DNA of 64,000 nucleotides, taken from Schmidtea nova (taxonomy: Eukaryota). Of this stretch, positions 1 to 12,434 are shown in pieces. Position 1 is the first letter of the stretch; each line of letters starts with the position of its first letter. The translations under genes were made by a program, and so were the position numbers. The stretch spans positions 169,818,001 through 169,882,000 of the forward strand of contig CM097883.1 in assembly GCA_044892505.1 (NCBI GenBank). Direction: 5' to 3'. The notes beneath the pieces were generated by a model. That model was not told the DNA's origin, ran no database searches, and was given only the letters and a program-made list of their open reading frames with translations.

Positions 1-2245
1 TGAAAGACCTCTTTGTTGGTATCTGTTCAGGTGTTCCTACTTTTAGCTCTGATTTTTTGATTTGTGGTCCAGGTCTTGTGTGCCATCGTTCTCTAAATAT
101 TTTACGTCCAAATATTACCTCTGCTGGACTCTTAAAAATCGACTTCTGTATTGTTGCATTCAGTGTAAATTCTATTTCTGGCAATATTTCTGCCCAATCT
201 GTTTTTTTCCTCTCCTTCAGTGACGTATTTATGTAATCCCTTATTGTTCTGAATTGTCTCTCTATGATACCGTTCGTATTATGATGATATGGACTTGAAA
301 AGCAAAGTTCTATTCCCATTGACCTTGTCATTTCTGATATTGCTCTCGATTCGAATACTTTCCCACAATCTACATGAATTTCCATTGGTGCTCCAAATCT
401 TAATATCCAATCCCTCATGATAGTTTCTTTTATTGTCTCTTCATCTTGTCTTGCTACTGGTCTTAGGACTATATATCTACTAAATTGATCAATTATGGCA
501 ACAATATATTTATTTTTCCTAAACGTTTCTTGCAAAGGCCCACATATATCTATATATATCTTCTCAAATGGCTCACTTGCTGATAATTTTATGGTTTCCT
601 CTTTTGTAGTTGATGTCACTACCTTTACTTTTTGACACGGTTCACATTTTTTAATAATTTCTTTTACTATTTCTTTCATATTTTTCATATCGTAGTTGTT
701 TCCCATATACGATGTCGTTTTTTCGACTCCTGCGTGAGAAAGTAAACTGTGGATTGTCTTTATCGCTTCCTGACGTTTATCTTCAGGGATCCATATTTTC
801 CTTTCCTTTGTTTTCACTATACCGTTTTCCAGAATAAACTTCCATGACGCATCTCGGATAATATCTTCTTTTATTTGTTTTATCTCTGTACTATTTTCTT
901 GCCATTCGATCTTTTCATCGTTATCTATCGCATTAATTCTTCTGGTTTTTAGCTTACCCTCTTTTGGGTCTTCGTGTATTAATAAACCTTGTATGCACGT
1001 TCCACATGTCTTCCTTGATAACATATCTGCGTTCGCGTGTTTTGTCCCTTCTCTGTATTCTATTTTTATATCGAAACTACTGAGAAGGTTGATCCATGTC
1101 TGGAATTGTGCTGAGATCGGCTTTTTTGTTTTCAACATGAATGTGATCGCTTTATGATCTGTGCGTAATGTAAATTTTCTCCCGTACAGATAATGATAAA
1201 GGTGCTGGCAAAAATAGTAAACTGCTAATAACTCCTTTCTCGTTATGCAATATCCCTTTTTGTGGTTGTTCATTGCGTGCGATCCATATGCTATAACCCT
1301 TTCATTTCCCTCGTCGTCTAACTGTGCTAATACAGCGCCGATTGACCCAAAACTGGCGTCTGTATCTAAAATAAACTCTTTATTGACATCGGGGAAACCT
1401 AACACGGGTGTTGACGTCAACGCCTCTTTCATCTCGTTAAACGCTCTATCGCAATTATCTGTCCATACTAGTTTCTTTTCTTTATTTTTCCCACACAGTT
1501 CTTCTAGTGCTCTCGACTTTTCTGAGTATCCTTCAATAAATCTCCTGTAATAATTACATATTCCTAGGAAGCTTCTCAAACTCTTGATACATTTTGGTCT
1601 TTGGAACGATCGTATTGACTCTGTTTTAGCTGGGTCGGTCTGAATACCCTTTTCATTTATGATGTGCCCCAGAAACTTTATCTCCTTTTTTAAAATGTGG
1701 CATTTTTCCGGATTAATTCTCAAACCAGCTTTCCCTATTCTCTTTAATACGTCCTCCAGAACTTGATAGTGTTCATTGATTGAATTTGTGAATATTAAGA
1801 TATCGTCCAAGTAAACTGCCGTACCAGCTCTGTTTTCCAGCACTTTCAGTATGAGCTCCTGAAACGTTCGTGGTGCCGCCGCTATTCCAAAGGGCATTCT
1901 ATTTAAAACAAAATTGTCCTACCTTAATTGAAAAAGCTGTCTTTTCTTTTGATTCTTCATCCAGCTCAACCTGATAGTATGCATTACCCAGGTCAATCAA
2001 AGTAAACTACTGAGCTCCCCCAGTTTATCTAATAAATCTGATATATTTGGCATTGGGAAAGCCTGTCTCACCGTTACTAAATTTAACTGTCTAAAATCTA
2101 CACACAGCCTGGCATCCTGTTTCTCTTTTTTCCACACTCAAATTAACGGCGTGTTCCAAGGAGAATTACACTTCTTGATAATGTTATTCTCCCACAGATT
2201 ATTAATTACCTCATCAATCTTTCCTTCTAAATTGTCCTTGTCAAC
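1..2245 (-). pseudogene. Disrupted Pol (RT-RNase H-integrase) of gypsy element 1
   Basis: Manual translation shows SPWNTPLI*VWKK, CVDFRQLN, YLDD, RNase H and rve motifs, with in-frame stops and a frameshift in RT. Confidence 0.88.
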
Positions 2246-2795
2246 TCAATCCCTCGTACACTCCATGACTTCTCCATTGATCTCGATTGTTACACTTGGT
2301 CGGCCCTGCATTCTGTCATATCTTATTATGTTCTGATTCTGTTCAACTAAAGTCATAATATCTATACTTCCATCAATCGCATTCCCTTTACCTTTACCGA
2401 TTCTCCAATTCTTTTTCAAAAATATGTTTACTTTATTTGCTATGCATATCATTTCCTCGTTTGTTAGCTCGCTCTCTAATGTATTCTCTATAATAGGTAA
2501 TATACTACTTATACTATAATAATTCATAATTTGGGAGTTTTTCCAATTATCTAATATATCGCTCCCACTATCTCCTCTTCTGTCGGAGCATTCTCGTTTG
2601 GGTATCTTCGATCTTCATACTCTCTATTTTCTGAAAACTTCTCCTCGATATTCGCTACATAACTATCTCTGGTTCCCCTTGATTCTCTTTTCATTCTTCC
2701 TTGTTCTACATAATTATGATATCCACCTTTTCCTTGATATCCTCAATTTTTTTGATACTGTTCATTCGAATTTAATCTTCTTGTTCCTTTTCGGT

Positions 2796-3647
2796 TTAAA
2801 TTTGTGTAACACTCAGCTTCTTTATGCCATTTCTATTGCATCTCCTGCATTTTATATTTGGACATTCTCTTCTGATATGTCCTTCTTTTCCGCATCCGAA
2901 GCATGTGATCAATTTATTTGGGCAGTCTCGGCTTAAATGGCCTACTTGGTGACAAGTCCAACATTCCATCTCTCTTTTACTTTTTTGATTCTCGTAATCT
3001 CTTCTTACTTCCGGCTTATAGTATTGTCTTGTTTGCATATATTGTCTCTGTGTATAATTGTTCTTCGTTTTGGCTGCATCTCTGTAACTTCTTACATTTC
3101 CTGATTCTGGTCTACTTCTTTCTATGATCATAATTTCCTCCGTCATCTTATGAGCCTCGTGTAACCTTGTGATTTTCTCTTTTATTTGGTCTATTCCTTT
3201 GATCTGATTTAGACATACTTCCCTTTTTAATTCTCTCACATTTGAGCATTCTATTAAGAGTTTCTCCTTCAGATCTTCTTTTGTCCATTCTCGTTCGAAG
3301 ATTTTATCTACCATCTTGTCTATTATCTCGAAGTACTTTTCGGGTTCTTCGTTTGTTTGCTTGCATTCCAGGGCTGCTTTGATATCTTGTAATACTGTTA
3401 TTTCCGTTTTAAATGCCGTTCTCATTCTCTCTTTGAAGCATTTGATCTTTGGGTCGATACTTTTATATTTCTTCCTGAGGTCATCATCTAACAGGGAAAT
3501 TACTATTATTTCCTGTTTGACACCTGTAAAATTTGTAAACTGAAAAAACGTTTCGCATTCTCCAATAAATTTGTCGACATCATCTCCTTTTCTGAACTTT
3601 GTCGGTATCAATTGTCCAAGAAAAAATTCCGAAGACGTGGTCGCCAT
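2796..3647 (-). CDS. Gag of gypsy element 1
   Basis: ORF 2796..3698 contains CWTCHQVGHLSRDC and CFGCGKEGHIRREC; a third knuckle (CRRCNRNGH) is broken by a frameshift. ATG 3647 is preferred as start by homology with elements 2 and 3; an in-frame ATG also exists at 3698. Confidence 0.85.
   Translation of the reverse strand: MATTSSEFFLGQLIPTKFRKGDDVDKFIGECETFFQFTNFTGVKQEIIVISLLDDDLRKKYKSIDPKIKCFKERMRTAFKTEITVLQDIKAALECKQTNEEPEKYFEIIDKMVDKIFEREWTKEDLKEKLLIECSNVRELKREVCLNQIKGIDQIKEKITRLHEAHKMTEEIMIIERSRPESGNVRSYRDAAKTKNNYTQRQYMQTRQYYKPEVRRDYENQKSKREMECWTCHQVGHLSRDCPNKLITCFGCGKEGHIRRECPNIKCRRCNRNGIKKLSVTQI
3636..3646 (-). promoter_or_regulatory. Primer-binding site TGGCGACCACG (probably tRNA-Arg UCG type)
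   Basis: Directly follows an LTR-like end ...GCTAACA on the minus strand and starts with TGG (complement of the tRNA CCA). tRNA identity is from recalled Arg-UCG 3' ends and was not searched. Confidence 0.65.
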
Positions 3648-5514
3648 GTTAGCCGCAACGAAGTTGTCGATCGAATCATTCGGTAAATCAAAAGACATAA
3701 GTTTTTATTCCAATTTTTATTTCACTAAAATCAATTGTTTATTTATTTTTAAAATTCTCTTCACTTTCAATTATTATTTAAACAAACTTTTTAATCCACT
3801 GATTAAAATAATAATTCAATAAATTTCATTTAATTTTTCAAAATCGAAATTTCTTAAATGATAATAAAAATTTTATAAAAATTTCACAAATTTTTAATTT
3901 TAAATTTTAATCAATGTACTGCATATCACAATGATATAGCGTAAAAAATTCCTTCTTGTCACAGATGAATAATTCTGACTTGTTTCCATTAAGTTCAATA
4001 TTTATTAGTATTCTTGCAAAAATAAAAGTGAACAGTTCACATAAGATGATTTGATAAAAAAAAATCTCAATACAATGAGACCAGGAATCCGTTCTATTTT
4101 TTTCAGTACGATGTTTTCTCATAATCATTACTCTAAAATTTAATCAAATTCTTTCAAAAGATTCAAAACTTTCGTTAAATCGTTGAAATTTATTTGCGAA
4201 AATAATTTGAGAGAATTTTCTGACCTTTATGTTATGTGGTTTGTTTTAATCAACAGTATCGCCAGCCTTGAAAATCAAAATAAGCGGCATTTTGTAAACT
4301 TTTGTGGAAGTAGAGAATTGACATTGGTAGACAGCTATTTTACTTTTCTGAAAGACTTTTTTTATATTGATTTCAAATCTGTTTTAGATTTTTATGCCCC
4401 ACGTACCATTTCTCACACCAAGCAGTATAAGAAACACACGATTTAAAACGATGGAGATTACATTATTACAATAGTAACGTGAGTATTATTGAGATACGTA
4501 AATAAAAAAAAAATATTCTAAAACGAATAAAAATGATTGAGGGAAATGGATGGAATAAATGAGGTGCCGCTTGGAATTATGAAGATAAAGAATGAATGCA
4601 AGAAATTGAGAAATGAATATAGAATACCTAAACTAAGGAAATTCAGCTCAAAAGTAAAAGAAGGTCATTGTAATTAATAAGTACAAAAGAGAAAAAATGA
4701 AAACAAAAACAAAAACAAAAACAAGAGTAAAATTCATCTCTCGGTAGCTTGTCAGAAATAACAAAAGTATAACATGAGAAATTGGAAAACATAAAAGATA
4801 AATAATCAAATATAATATATCTCGATAGCTGTCAGATATAGTAGGGAACAACGAGGGAAAATAAATGTGCTGCAGGCAAGAAAAAAATAATTTATAGTGC
4901 TAGAGAATGGCGAACTATAAAAGGTAGAAACCGCAGCAGGTAAAGGAGAAATTAAAAATTAAAGTAAACTAGAGAAATCGAAAATTAGAGAAAATTGGTG
5001 GAAGTTAAATAAATTGGTAAATAAAAATTTTATCAAAAAAAACTGATAAAGGAATCTGTTGAGTCAAAATAGAGTTTAAATTTTGGAAAACGTTGAATCA
5101 AACGTAGCAAAACAAGAAAGAGAAGCAGGAATCTATCAAGTAAATTACCCAAATCAAAGTACAAAACAACCAGATTGATTTGCCAATTATTGAATGAGAG
5201 GCAGCAGCGAGTGATAGTTAATTCAAGGTGTTACACAAATAAATGCCATTATTCACGTAGTGTCGTAATAATCACTGCATAACAACCGGGCGTGATATTG
5301 AATTAGTAGTATCCTTCTAATTTGTGTGGCCATCTGTGATAATCAATTAAGGTTTGTGTTGTCTAAATTTGTTATCTTGCTGTTCAAATAAAGCCCGTTT
5401 GGAGTCAAGTAATTAGTTGGTAATTTTATGCTTCACCAACACCCCAGTAACCCAGCACACATGTAGCAGTTTATTGATTCAGTAGACATTTGTTGGAATA
5501 TGATTTTAGTTTAA

Positions 5515-5990
5515 AGGCTCTGTTCGGGATGTCACGATACAGCATCCAGCAATAGTCATTCCAGAAATCTTCATAGTGAGCCATCATTGCTTGAATATCT
5601 TAATAAGATTGATCTTCATGCTCGTCACTCACATTTCCAATGTTTTCCGGAAAGAAATCTAGATGGGAATGGAGGAAGTGTATTTTTAACGACTTGTTAC
5701 ACTTCATTACTCAAAAAGCATCAATCAGTCTGTGCACATCATTTACATACTCAGGAGACTTGTGATTCCCCACGAATTCTTTGTAAACCCGTTTGATTAT
5801 TTATTGTTCCAATAGCTGACTGTAATTCTGATAATTTATTTTCTATTTCCTTATTTTATGTTTGTAATTTAAAAGTAGAAATCATTAAAATGAATGTCAT
5901 GCTCTTTTCCAATTGGAAACTTTGAAAAGTTTTCTCAGACCAGGTTTTCCCTTTTGGCAACACGAAGTCTTCATGATGTTGAGTGAAACT
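5515..5990 (-). pseudogene. DNA transposase relic, probably Chapaev3/CMC-like
   Basis: Minus-strand translation FVGNHKSPEYVNDVHRLIDAF*VMKCNKSLKIHFLHSHLDFFPENIGNVSDEH...DYCWMLYRD matches a widespread transposase C-terminal motif. The superfamily assignment is from memory. Confidence 0.7.
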
Positions 5991-6559
5991 ATTTTTTGAT
6001 CACCTAATTTCATTTCAATTTATGCATGTTATCTTGTAATATATCTTCGTAATATATAACTATTCGTATAAATTTGTAAACTCTATATCTATCAGAATGC
6101 GTCTGGCAAATGTACACTTTCTAAATCAGTTGTTCTCATTCTTTTTCTTGATAGCATTTGCTAAGTTGGGCCAACCCCCAATTGAACTATACACTAATAC
6201 ATGGACTTTAACATTGCCCCTTTGTGTCTAGAGTCTTAAATTTACCTTGTCCAAACCATAAAATTTATTGGGTTGTTTCTCTTAAAATTTTCTGAAGATT
6301 CAAATGACTCCTCGCAAAACGACAAATGGTTACAGTTTGAGAATCGTTACTTTAGATACTTCAAAATCAAAACAAAAATGACTTGTACTGAAAAAGTAAG
6401 TTTAATTTGCAAAGAAGTATCAATAAAAAACATCCTCAATGTAATTATAATCTGTAGAAATTAATGTGTTCATTTGCAAAGTGGTGTTTAACATTTTAAA
6501 CGCGAAGTTCAAAGTGAATCTCATGTTATATATGACAAGATAAAGGATATACACGAAAA

Positions 6560-6800
6560 ACCACGTTTGTCAAGACTCATAAGCTGCCCCATCAGAACGC
6601 TCATATGATTTTTGAGCCAAACTTTGTTGGTGAGGGCTACTTTGAGTTTCTCCATGAAGGTTGCCCTGTAAACGCGCAACGATACACTTATTTTATTGAA
6701 AATGTGCTAACAACACTAAACATTGATGCTGTCGAGTCTTTCATTGCATGATAATGCTAATCCATATGCACTTATTGTCACTATGGAATTTTAAAGAATA
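6560..6800 (+). pseudogene. mariner transposase fragment
   Basis: GYFEFLHEGCPVNAQRY and LHDNANPY resemble the mariner TVNxxxY and HDNARPH motifs; degenerate. Confidence 0.55.
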
Positions 6801-6916
6801 GTAATGAAATTGGGCATTGCCTTTAAGAGTTCAAAGCTCAGTTGACCCCAGAGAAATTAACAAGGAAACTCGAAGAACTTGAGAAGCACTGTGAAGAAGC
6901 TATTAAACAAAATGGA

Positions 6917-6919
<3 letters not shown>

Positions 6920-6980
<61 letters not shown>
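6920..6980. repeat. (TA)n microsatellite
   Basis: Pure TA run of about 60 bp. Confidence 0.97.
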
Positions 6981-6985
<5 letters not shown>

Positions 6986-8342
6986 TTACATATCTTGTTG
7001 TTTATGCTAAATATATGTTTGTTGTTACTAGCGGAATTGTTTTAGGTCACCCTGTTAATCAACAACATCTACTAAAAACAAAATTTTGAATTTTCTAAAT
7101 AAAAGAAAAATTAATTTTAAAGCTGAGCATCTACAGAAAATTCATCGGGTTCAATCCCAGATGGGATCGAGTTTCTTACGTAGTCAAAACATGTCTACTA
7201 TTTGGAATTTCATCGAAATTTTGTCACACTTTATTTTAAACCCTTACTCATCTGAAAACCATTAAATTAAAGCATTTTTTGAATTATTTATTTATTTTTT
7301 AAATTAGTTATATTTATAGTTTACAAATTTACATAAAAATTGACTGTTTCTTCCAGCTGGTCGGTATTATTCAAAATGATTCAAGAAAACTTTACAACAA
7401 AATTCAATTATAATAAATGGTATTATTTATACTTGAGGAATATTCCCATGATAATAAATAATTAAATAAGTCGTTTCTTTTAAAAGTGGAGCAAGCCCAT
7501 TTTTGCCATAACGAGATATTTTAAGATTTGCATTTCAATAAATTTAAAAATATTAACAAATCTATCACAGACAACTTGTGTGTGTTTTGTAGTTTGAGAT
7601 AATGGTAATTTATTATCCAATAATATTTGGTACAAATATTTACTATTTCAATATGGAAAAGCCCTGCAATAAAAATAAGCAGATCAAATAAGGATAACAT
7701 TTAATAAAAACACATAAAACGTAATTTTATGCTCGAAATGGATAAAATTGATATTTTATTAAAATCAGTTCTGTTCGTTTTGGAAATCAAAAAATAATGA
7801 CTTTTAACTCATATTTTAATGGAATTACAGACATCGGTTTTATTGGTAAATTTTCGATATTTATTTTGAACTCTCTTTTTAGGAATTTAAATTAACTTGT
7901 TAATTTTATTTTATTTACATCTTAGCAGAGCTACCAGTGAACATTCTCGCAAATCTACAATTTTCAAGTAAGTATACATTTTGAATCACCCTTTTCTTTT
8001 GTAAAGTAATTAGCAAAAATATTTAGTGTAATATCTTAATGAAAAATAAAAAAAGTATATTACTATATTTTACAGTTTTATTTATTTGTAATTTAGATCA
8101 ACTTTAAGCATTTATATTTAAAAAATTATTCAACCCTTTGAGGTCTATGTATTTCAGAACAACCTTTTCAAAAATGTCAAAAACCCAATTGAAAACCCAT
8201 ATTCTAAAATAAACTATAATTTCAAAAAGAATGTCAAAAGATAATTCGGAATTTTAATTCTCTAATATCTTTATGCTTATAAAAAATTGTTTCTTAACAA
8301 TTTGCTCAAAAAATGACATAAATTTTTGTTTTTAAAACATAC

Positions 8343-8439
8343 CGTTTGATGACTCTGATTTTCTGACCAGAAAAGTTCCTAGTGGATTTCCATTCAACAG
8401 AAGTAGTCTTTCTGCATCTTTGCGACTAATGTTTCGAAA
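8343..8439 (-). CDS. Src-family kinase SH2 first exon (5' end hidden in N gap 8440-8588)
   Basis: Reads [33 protein letters not shown], containing the FLVRxSE phosphotyrosine-pocket motif, followed by a GTATGT donor at 8342 in phase 1. Linkage to the 43.8-44.5 kb exons is inferred from strand and domain order. Confidence 0.82.
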
Positions 8440-8588
8440 NNNNNNNNNNNNNNNNNNNNNNNNNNNNNNNNNNNNNNNNNNNNNNNNNNNNNNNNNNNNN
8501 NNNNNNNNNNNNNNNNNNNNNNNNNNNNNNNNNNNNNNNNNNNNNNNNNNNNNNNNNNNNNNNNNNNNNNNNNNNNNNNNNNNNNNNN

Positions 8589-9406
8589 TCAAACTATATC
8601 AAAATTTTTATATCATTATTTTTAAAAATTAATTAATAAACAAACATAAATTTTTTTAAAAAATGAAAATATTATCAAAAACAAACATAATTATTTCACA
8701 AACACAATTCGCATACAACATCCATTTACTTAAACACATTCGAAATATCCGTGGAACGGGCAACTTGATCATTAATTTTTGGATTTAAATATCTAATCAA
8801 CAATGCCTCGTTCCCAATAATTACATAAACCTTTTGAAATAATTTTAAAATCAGAGATACCTATTTTTTACTGACACATTTGTGTATCAATTTCCATGAA
8901 TTGGGCGTAATGCCACATACATTGGAGAGACTGCGCGTCATCTCTGCACCCGAGTTCTTCAACATTGCCGACTAAATGGACTGACTAATATTAGTGATCA
9001 TTTTAGGAAATGTGTCAGTAAAAAATAGGTATCTTTGATTTTAAAATTATTTCAAAAGGTTTATGTAATTATTGGGAACGAGTAACTTGTGAGGCATTGG
9101 TGATTAGATATTTAAATCCAAAAATTAATGATCAAGTTGCCCATTCCACGAATATTTCGAATGTGTTTAAGTAAATGGATGTTGTATGCGAATTGTGTTT
9201 GTGGAATAATTAAGTTTGTTTTTTGATAATATTTTCATTTTTAAAAAAAAATTAAATTGTATGTTGAATTTTAAAAAAAATTTATGTTTGTTTATTAATT
9301 AATTTTTAAAAATTTTATGTAAAATAAAATAAAATTTTATTTAAAAAATTAAATTTTGATATAGTTTGAGGATGATTATTATTTATTAATTTGTTTAGAT
9401 ATTCCA
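8589..9406. mobile_element. Penelope-like element 3' fragment in inverted-repeat arrangement
   Basis: The centre encodes NATYIGETARHLCTRV (GIY-YIG, 8909-8965). The right arm encodes YWERVTCEALVIRYLNPKIN...*. Arms 8589-8881 and 9008-~9369 are reverse complements with indels, and both run toward N gaps. Confidence 0.85.
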
Positions 9407-9696
9407 NNNNNNNNNNNNNNNNNNNNNNNNNNNNNNNNNNNNNNNNNNNNNNNNNNNNNNNNNNNNNNNNNNNNNNNNNNNNNNNNNNNNNNNNNNNNNN
9501 NNNNNNNNNNNNNNNNNNNNNNNNNNNNNNNNNNNNNNNNNNNNNNNNNNNNNNNNNNNNNNNNNNNNNNNNNNNNNNNNNNNNNNNNNNNNNNNNNNNN
9601 NNNNNNNNNNNNNNNNNNNNNNNNNNNNNNNNNNNNNNNNNNNNNNNNNNNNNNNNNNNNNNNNNNNNNNNNNNNNCGTTAGCAGAGTTTATTAAA

Positions 9697-9985
9697 ATAT
9701 AATAATAAGGTAACAATAGTAAGCCTTCTCCGCAATGTTTATTTAAATGAAATATTTCGATCTTTAAAAGATCCTGATCACTCAATGCGAAATTCTTTCC
9801 AATTGATATTCCACTTCTTTCTGGATATTTTCTTTCTCCTGAATTCAGGAGAAAGAAAATATCCAGAAAGAAGTGGAATATCAATTGGAAAGAATTTCGC
9901 ATTGAGTGATCAGGATCTTTTAAAGATCGAAATATTTCATTTAAATAAACATTGCGGAGAAGGCTTACTATTGTTACCTTATTAT

Positions 9986-9990
<5 letters not shown>
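9697..9990. repeat. Perfect 294-bp palindrome with no spacer
   Basis: Symmetry centre at GAA|TTC (9843/9844). The same peptide appears in ORFs 9315..10073(-) and 9785..10291(+). Confidence 0.95.

Positions 9991-10032
<42 letters not shown>
9988..10032. repeat. (AAT)n microsatellite
   Basis: About 15 AAT units directly after the palindrome. Confidence 0.95.
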
Positions 10033-10033
<1 letters not shown>

Positions 10034-11289
10034 GTAACAACAACAATAATGACAACAACATTATTTGAAACAATAATTATTATGTTCAACATTTATTTCA
10101 AATGTTTTATTTTGTTTCATTTGTTTTTTGATAATGATACGCTATTGAAATATATTTTATCACATCATATAATTCTGTTACAGAATAATTATCAGAGAAT
10201 ATATTTATACAGTCCAAATATTATGTATATTAAAATTATTATTGAAAATTATAAACTGTGCAATTTTACTGGTTATTATCTCATGAATTGAAATTCATAT
10301 TTAAGACAGAATCGCAACCATAAAGGGAAGGGGTGTTTGTCCAGGAGCTTTATTATTTGTAATATGAAATCATATAATTCTTCAAAGTCATAAATGGCTA
10401 TAAATTTTAAGAATTCTATAGGTTTAGTACAGCTACTATCAACAAGAATTATCTCATGGTCCAAAAGAAAATTATTACTGGTCTGTCGTGAGAGGCCCNN
10501 NNNNNNNNNNNNNNNNNNNNNNNNNNNNNNNNNNNNNNNNNNNNNNNNNNNNNNNNNNNNNNNNNNNNNNNNNNNNNNNNNNNNNNNNNNNNNNNNNNNN
10601 NNNNNNNNNNNNNNNNNNNNNNNNNNNNNNNNNNNNNNNNNNNNNNNNNNNGAAAGTCTTATATTAGTTTTAGAAATTTTTGTAACTACCCTAAAATTAT
10701 CAATAATAATTTTTTGGATAATATTAGATTTTATCATATTTTCAAATGTTTTTTTCAGTAAAATTTTTAAATTAAAAATGTTTTGTGCGTATACTGTTTA
10801 ATTTTAATAATTAGAAATTATTTATGAATTTTTAATAATAAGTAAATTAATATATTGAATAAAATCATAAATATTAGATTATGAAGAAATTCATACTTAA
10901 AAATAATTTAAAATTTACCTTTTTTACAGAAAAATATAAAATTCAAGAAAATTTTTAAATTAAAATTTAAGTTTGAAGCGTAATACATAATATGCTTGAA
11001 GTGATGTTAATTTTTATGATGGTAATTGTCCATTTAAATATTAATTAAAATCAACAATTTTTTAAAGACTATAGATCAAAAAAACTTTTTTTAATTGGCA
11101 AACGAATTATTAAAATTCCTGTGTCAATTAAAAAAAAGTTATCTACAGTCTTTTGATAAAAAATTAAATAGAAATTTGTAAAATAGAAATGAAGAGATCA
11201 AAGGTGAAAAAATAAAAGATGTTAATTATTAATTAAAATTATTGAAATTTTAAAAATATTGAAATTATTTTGTCATAGGAAATTGTGAA

Positions 11290-11870
11290 AATTTTACTTT
11301 TTCAATATGAAGCTGAATGTATGTAAAGTTTCGAGGAAAAGATCAGTTATTTATTTGAATGCTATTTTGAAAGATTTAGGAAAGTGGCGAGATTCTGAGC
11401 TATAAAGTTTGTTCCAAGCGCCAAACAGTCATTGATAAAGACGAATTAAAATGGATAATTTAATCAGGCAAAAAGTATTGCATTGATAACGGGTGTAAAC
11501 AAGTTAACTATTTGTAAATACTTTTCGACAAATTAGTAAAGTCAAAAATTCTCTATATAAAACAGAAGTTGTGCAAAAAGGATGCAAGTTAAAAAAAATA
11601 AAAGAAATCTAAGAAAGGTTGTCTCGTAATTTTAGAAATAGAGTCATACATGTATGCGTAAAACACTGGAAGAAGAATAGTTGTAGATCTATAAGAATTG
11701 TTTCGTTGTTCGTATTTGAGAAATTAATGTTCAAAGAATTCCAAATTAGAATTTAAAAACAGGTCAAAGACGTTATGAAAAATCGACGAAATTAGAATAA
11801 AAATGTTACAAATCACTATGGAGAGAATCCAAACTAAATCTTCATGTAATGGTAAACATTTCGAAAAAAG
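11290..11870 (+). pseudogene. Degenerate Tc1/mariner-superfamily transposase relic
   Basis: ERFRKV... N-terminal HTH-like segment and C-terminal CNGKHFEK (GGHFE-type ending); many stops. Confidence 0.45.
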
Positions 11871-12434
11871 TGCTGCTCAAAATTTAAATATATTTTTACA
11901 ACAGCTAAAAATGAGAAATCTTTTAATGAATAATTATAAAATACTTCGGTAGAGAAAGAAATTAATTTAGATTCCAAGTTACAATTTTATTTCCCATTTA
12001 CCCTGCTATCGATAGAGGCTAGCGAGGAAAAATGCGGGTTACAGATTTAGCATAAAATTTACCCAGGCATACAAATATTCACCTTAAATACTAAAGTACC
12101 GTGAATTTTATTTTTTAGTTTTCACTGGGTCTTGTTTTTATGTCTTTATCTTCACTTTTATGCATTTCACTTGCATTCTCCTTATAGCAGGAAGAAATGG
12201 GTATAAATTTATCTACACTCATTTTTTATACTTTTAGTAAATTTCGAAAAAAATACAAAATACTCTCAGATTTTTGGCGTGATGAAAACTAATAATAAAG
12301 AGCGTCATTCAATCATAAATATTTATGAGACTGACTTATTATATAATCCACATGGTACCAGTATTTCGTATATTTATATGTTTCGGCTGATGTAGAGATA
12401 TGTTAGCTTAGATAGAAAGATTGCTTCTATCTGA

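Larger units (their letters stand above)
1..3930 (-). mobile_element. Ty3/gypsy LTR retrotransposon 1 (defective; runs off the left edge)
   Basis: Gag with CCHC knuckles, then RT (AVYLDDILI ~1800-1825), RNase H (TDAS...TDHKA) and integrase (HHCC, DICGP, HHNTNGIIERQFR) in gypsy order. The protease appears deleted near 2250, and RT has stops and a frameshift. The LTR outer edge (~3930) is tentative. Confidence 0.93.

Noticed and set aside
1245-3822. Plus-strand ORFs over gypsy element 1 (and minus-strand ORFs over element 2)
   Set aside because: Antisense shadows of gag/pol with no independent motifs.
5229-5454. Solo LTR (TGTTAC...GTAACCCA with AATAAA)
   Set aside because: No TSD, partner or PBS; plausible but unsupported.
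7121-7170. tRNA gene or SINE (GGTTCAATCCC B-box)
   Set aside because: No cloverleaf or convincing A-box.
9355-9400. Hammerhead-like motif in Penelope copy 1 (TTGAGGATGAT)
   Set aside because: First core base is changed, and no stem II or GAAA is visible.
9399-9406. Plus-strand AG|ATATTCCA read as an SH3 YIPSNY exon
   Set aside because: The SH3 is already complete at 43790-43888, and only 8 nt are visible before the gap.
9844-9980. Astacin C-terminal resemblance (IGKNFALSDQDLLKI)
   Set aside because: Only a loose pattern match; no HExxH or Met-turn visible.
10276-10498. GLSR read as kinase DFGLSR, and FIAIYDF read as an SH3 start
   Set aside because: A kinase exon cannot precede the SH2 exon on this strand, and the residues after each motif do not fit either domain.
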